DNA from: Octopus vulgaris
Taxonomy: Eukaryota
Reading direction: 5' to 3'
Length of the DNA: 64,000 bases
NCBI GenBank assembly: GCA_951406725.2
Contig: OX597821.1
Coordinates: 91,450,001 to 91,514,000, forward strand
The position numbers were made by a program, and so were the translations under genes. Position 1 is the first letter of the stretch, and every line of letters begins with the position of its first letter. The notes below the pieces were generated by a model. The model searched no databases and was not told where the DNA came from. It was given only the letters and a program-made list of their open reading frames with translations. Shown piece by piece: positions 55,655 through 64,000 of this stretch.

Positions 55655-55922
55655 GTTAAAGTAAAGGTAAAGGTTACCTTCTTGAGTCATACTGACTCAT
55701 AAAGGCCAGTTTCCTGGTTTCATGGCATATAAATTCCCCACCTGGATGGGATGCTAGTCCATCACAGGATTGCTCACTTTTGCCAGCTAGGTGGACTGGA
55801 GCAACATGAAATGAAGTGTGTCGCTCAAGAATACATACATGTAACTTAGTCCAGGAATTAAAACCACAATCTTGATCATGATCATGAATAAAAACACTCT
55901 TACCACTAAGCCATGCACCTCC
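55655..55922 (-). mobile_element. Decayed tRNA-SINE (family C-type head)
   Basis: Minus-strand head ggaggtgcatggcttagtggtaagag; shares ttccccacctggatggga with 37790-37808. Confidence 0.65.
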
Positions 55923-57204
55923 AGTTTTGATGTAGTGGGTTAAGGGAAGTGAAGTTTGATTACATTAAGAAATATTGGCAGTATCTCTGTCAGTAGAAAT
56001 TATCAATCAAATCATTTCATTAACAATGGCTTTTTATTCTTCCACTGGAAAATAACTCCTTGCTTTTACCCCATAAGCCTAAATAGCCAGAACAAGAACT
56101 GACATTATTAGCAATTAATAATAAGTACCAGCTGAGTGCTGGGGTCGATGTAATCGACTTAACTCCTTCCATGAAACAGCTGGCCTTCTGCCAAAATTTG
56201 AAATCATTATTAGAAATTAATTTGGCATGAGAGAATTTTAGGAACCATTCTTTTGTAGTGTAAAAATAATTTTGTTACAATATTTTTGTTGAAACACAGT
56301 CTTTAATTTAGATGATTTTGAAAACGAGTAATTTATTAAAATAGTCTTGACATAATTAAACTGGTGTTTGGAATATAGATTAACACGGGATTTTGATGGA
56401 AAGCTTTAATAGCAATCATTTTAAAACAGGGAGCTTGTATCATAGAGACAGGAATGGCTTCAGGGAGAGCTGCTATCAAAAAATATTCATACGAAACATA
56501 AAGGATCATCAAAACATGCTTATTTCACAAATATTAGCAGAGTAGAAATATCATCATCCATGATGCAACAACAAGCATTGTTAGGTTATATACCCAAAGG
56601 GTTAAGAACCATGCGACAACTACCAGCACATGAGCACACCTGTCTCAGACCTCCCAACCAATAAACGATTCACCTTGCAACTTGGGAATAAATTCTATGT
56701 TGGTATCCCCACTCAAATGAATCGACAATTAGGCTTGACTTTGAAAGCGAGCAACAGCATCACACAATTCGGTACCGCTAATAATAGTCTTTTATATTCT
56801 GCAGGCAATATATCGCTTTAGATACACATAATATCAATGTCCTCTATATTGCATAGACATTAATTCTCCATAAATAACAGCACCATTATCAGACTTCTAC
56901 ACAATCCGTTAAGCCCATTATCTCAATCTTTTGCTCTTGCTAAAACTTTTTTTTTTCTTCTGTAGCCTTATAATGTCATTCATATTGTAATGGCTATATC
57001 TATGTTCTATAAATACTAAACACCCTGTATATATATATTTTTTTCTTCATTTATTCTTTGTTTGCTTCAGAAACAATATACTATCTCTCCATTTATTATT
57101 ACACCTCTATCAGATCTCTCAAATCTCTTCATATCAACATTATTAACAATATCTCATATTCCACTTTCCACTGAAATATTCAACAACAAAAGAGGACAGC
57201 TTCT

Positions 57205-60960
<3,756 letters not shown>

Positions 60961-61189
60961 TACATGTTAAATTTGAAGCTAAATATTTTAAAGCAAGTTT
61001 TAGAACAACAACGGAAATTTTATAGTTGGAAAGGGATTTCACTATCAGTAAATGTTGTGATGTTAAGCTTCAATTTGTGACAAAATTGTTATAAAATTCA
61101 TTTTGAGAACGATATTTCCTGGTGAGTTATTTGGTTGAATAAGTTGTGGCCCAAAAAATAAAGTTCCAGAAAACAGAAATTAAGTTCGT

Positions 61190-61221
<32 letters not shown>

Positions 61222-61331
61222 TGTGTGTGTGTTGATAGAAATGGCAAAACAACAAAAGAATGAAAAATATCTCAATATTATGTAAATAAATGAATTTATC
61301 TGTAAATACGATACGTTTACAATTATTCGGT

Positions 61332-61403
61332 GGCCATGACAAAACTCTGAGTTTTTGATGTTAAGGCGGAAACCCACGCCCGCATCTCTTCAGTTATCAG
61401 GCC
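61332..61403 (-). ncRNA. Degenerate Type I hammerhead motif in a microsatellite-flanked short element (61210-61427)
   Basis: Minus strand: ggcc-t-gataa CTGAAGA gatg..ggcg-loop-cgcc..catc AAAAA ctc-a-gag tt ttgtc-at-ggcc; G12 is replaced by A at a would-be CpG. Confidence 0.55.
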
Positions 61404-61454
61404 GTCGAAAAAATGCTATGATAAAGATATATATATATATATATATTCACTAGT

Positions 61455-61684
61455 GTCTAGGGAGAGTCATTCTCTTTTAGTGCCTGGTAATTTAACACAC
61501 TCATCCTCACCAGTAAAATTTCCACTTATTTCAAAACTATTGCAAATGTTGCAAGAAATAAGTGGAAATTTTACCGGTGAGTTTGTTAAATTATAAGGCA
61601 CAAAAAGAGAATGACTCCAGACACAACAGAATATGCTTCAACACACGAACTCATAAAGAATCTTGCAAAACAAATCCCAAAACG

Positions 61685-61690
<6 letters not shown>
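61455..61690. mobile_element. (TA)n-embedded palindromic element; outer part related to 24308-24370
   Basis: 61464-61531 is the diverged reverse complement of 61555-61617; 61635-61680 reversed resembles atttgttgtgcaagattttttatgtgaagtcgtgtgttgaa at 24318. Confidence 0.6.
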
Positions 61691-61754
<64 letters not shown>

Positions 61755-62029
61755 GTATCTTTGTATAAATGTAAGTTCACTTATAAAAGCTCATTGGAAA
61801 CAGCTGTAGTGAATGAACGCGCGAAATACAAATGGACGGTGCGCGAGCGCGCGCCGTTGTATGGGATCACTACAACTACTAGGAGTTGTTACGCATGCTG
61901 TAATTTCCTGCAATGGAGAATTTTGCGTTCACATTACTTGATGGTACTGTTATCTGGGGTGTATATTATAAATAACTATTACAGTAGAGAATACTAGGAC
62001 TGATGCATACCCCAAATTTATTTCATTTT

Positions 62030-63350
62030 ATTTTAGGATGTCACGCAGCGTATTGTTATGGTTACGATGACTTACACACGTTTCCCTTCTCATAGTATAA
62101 GCAGTTGAATTCAGTTAGTTGTTTATTGGTTCAGGTTCAGTAAGAAGTGAGGGGAGGTTGTTTTAAATCTGAAATCTGATTTGTTTGTAAACTTGTCTGG
62201 TTGACCTTGGCTTTACACCAGTTCTTGGCCGAAGTCAGGATTCTATCTAATTAGGTCAAAGTTTGCAAAACTCTTTTGGCAGGCTTCTTTGGGAATTGAA
62301 GTAGATGGGTACTAAATAAGGTTACTTTCGGGTATAGTTCTTGTAATGCATTTTATTTTGGGATGGTTCAGTTCCATGTTATGTTCTTAGTTATTCAGAT
62401 ATGTTTGTGGCTGTGGTATTTATTATACAGGACAGTGGAAATGAAAAGCAATATATATTACGTTAGTTTAGAAAAAGGTCATGTATTTGGGGAGTCCGGG
62501 ACGTGCTTGTATCGCTTCTTTCCCACCTATCTGTGTGTGGGATATTGATTTATCTAGAACGTGTTTTAAATTTCTTACAGGTTTTGGTATGTTTATGTAA
62601 GCATCTTAAGGCCTGTTTCAGCCTTCTATTAAGTAGTTTGTGTCTTGACGTAAAGATTTGATATATTTCTTCTACACATAACTCACATGTATTTCCCCCT
62701 GTTCCACACAGCTTAGCCGTATGAATTACATCCCAACCTGTGGTAAAGCTATGGTTCCTATCTTTAAAGTACCAGATTAATCTACATAAGCTCATGTTGT
62801 CCATCTTATTTCTATCCCTAAATGAATTTAAATGATTTTCAAGAATATGTTTTTGTTCTTTTTAAATTAAGCGAGCTGGCCTCTATTGAGAAGTACGTCC
62901 TTCCCCCAGCTATGAACTTACATCGATATACAAGGTTTTGCATTAAACATCTAAGGTTTAAGGGGCATACTTTATTGCTAACACAATAACATATACTTAA
63001 TTCCTTGTTCTTATTATCTATTGTGCTGTAATTCTTGCTACATGTCTCTGCTGCCATCATTCCTATCGATCTCATAGTTTTCCTAAGCTTTCTATCCATA
63101 GGTGTTTGGGAGCTGCTATTTTTAGCAATTTCTCCGCTCTGTCTTGTGGAGGTAGAGGCTTGTGTTGGAATTGTCTTCCTTCGATCCCTGCTGTATTATT
63201 ATCATCCACTACATTGCGAAATAGGAATAACATTTAGTGGAAACCTATATAGGTCGTCATAACCATAAAAATATGCTGTTTGGCATTGTTAAATAAAAGG
63301 AAATGAATTTTGAGGATGCACCAGTCTCGATATTCTCTATCGTTATAATT
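62030..63350 (-). pseudogene. Penelope-like retroelement 3' part: frameshifted GIY-YIG endonuclease domain plus 3' region
   Basis: ORF 62839-63099 (CYCVSNKVCPLNLRC...VYRC...TYFSIEAS...KR) and ORF 62550-62804 (SLCRLIWYFKD...W...CELCVEE..I...LLNRR...CLH); a partial hammerhead GAAACgtgtGTA lies on the minus strand at ~62073-62084. Confidence 0.8.
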
Positions 63351-63389
63351 ATTGCGTATATATAGCATGCCTTGTGCTTATATATATAC

Positions 63390-63432
<43 letters not shown>

Positions 63433-63653
63433 GAAATTAATGAAAATCAGAAGAACGCAGATTTGCACATTCACATTTTATTATACAACAATTGACATCA
63501 TTCTTCACTTGGATCTATGCATGTTTCGGCTGCAACCACTGCACAGTGTTGTGTGCAACTTTGCGTTAACTGTCGGTGCATCTTCCTCTAAGGTCTGTCA
63601 TTCACTGTCCTTTAAAAGACCATCTGAAGATGTCTATGAGACTCACCGAATAG

Positions 63654-64000
63654 GGGTATCCAGAATGTAAAAATCAGAATAGTGTAAATAACCAAGTAAA
63701 AATAGGGGATAATGGAGGAATAGGTAGAGGGAATAATTACGATTATGCAAAACGAAAATTATGCCAATTAAAACTGAATTGCAAAATGAAAGATATGGTT
63801 TATATGTGCAAATCCGTTTCAGAAGGAGAGATATATTTCTACATGGATACTAGCTCTAGTTTTATAAAACGTAGAGTAGCTAATCACGAACTACCGTTTA
63901 GGAACAAAAATAAGAAGAATGATATGAGTTTAAGTAAATTAATTTGGTTGCTAAAAGATAATAATAAAACATACACAGTTACCTGGGAGATAATTAGTAG
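63654..64000 (+). pseudogene. Second Penelope-like GIY-YIG fragment, frame open to the window end
   Basis: Translation ...KLCQLKLNCKMKDMVYMCK...IYFYMDTSSSFIKRRVANHELPFRNKNKKNDMSLSKLIWLLKDNNKTYTVTWEIIS is homologous to 62550-63099. Confidence 0.8.

Noticed and set aside
56630-56821. ORF with a faint retropepsin-like flavour (FGTANNSLLYSAG)
   Set aside because: No D(S/T)G catalytic motif and no other LTR-element features nearby.

Overview
This is AT-rich eukaryotic DNA that is almost entirely repeats and microsatellites, with no recognisable intact host gene. It is most likely a cephalopod (Octopus-like) genome, inferred from the SINE families and the microsatellite density. Nearly all ORFs in the supplied track are microsatellite artefacts. 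The main finding is an ~8.5 kb array (25106-33645) of a 271-bp unit. Every unit carries a sequence that folds into a Type I hammerhead ribozyme (CUGAAGA core, GAAA, GUA cleavage triplet, near-palindromic stem III), so it looks like a retrozyme-like, ribozyme-bearing satellite. It has about 31 tandem copies plus a 2-copy terminal module, an internal inversion, higher-order repeats, and (TA)n at both ends. The same window holds several other short (TA)n-embedded elements with hammerhead motifs and/or inverted arms (18188-18652; three copies of a ~205-bp element; 11036-11730; 61332-61403). It also holds three decayed Penelope-like (GIY-YIG) retroelement fragments that are plausible relatives of the autonomous partner. 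Other content: four SINE-like families (some in tandem), R4/Dong, RTE and CR1/L2 LINE 3' ends, mariner/Tc1 remnants, two Helitrons and a piggyBac-like MITE. All calls were made by eye; boundaries are approximate and ribozyme activity is predicted, not shown.
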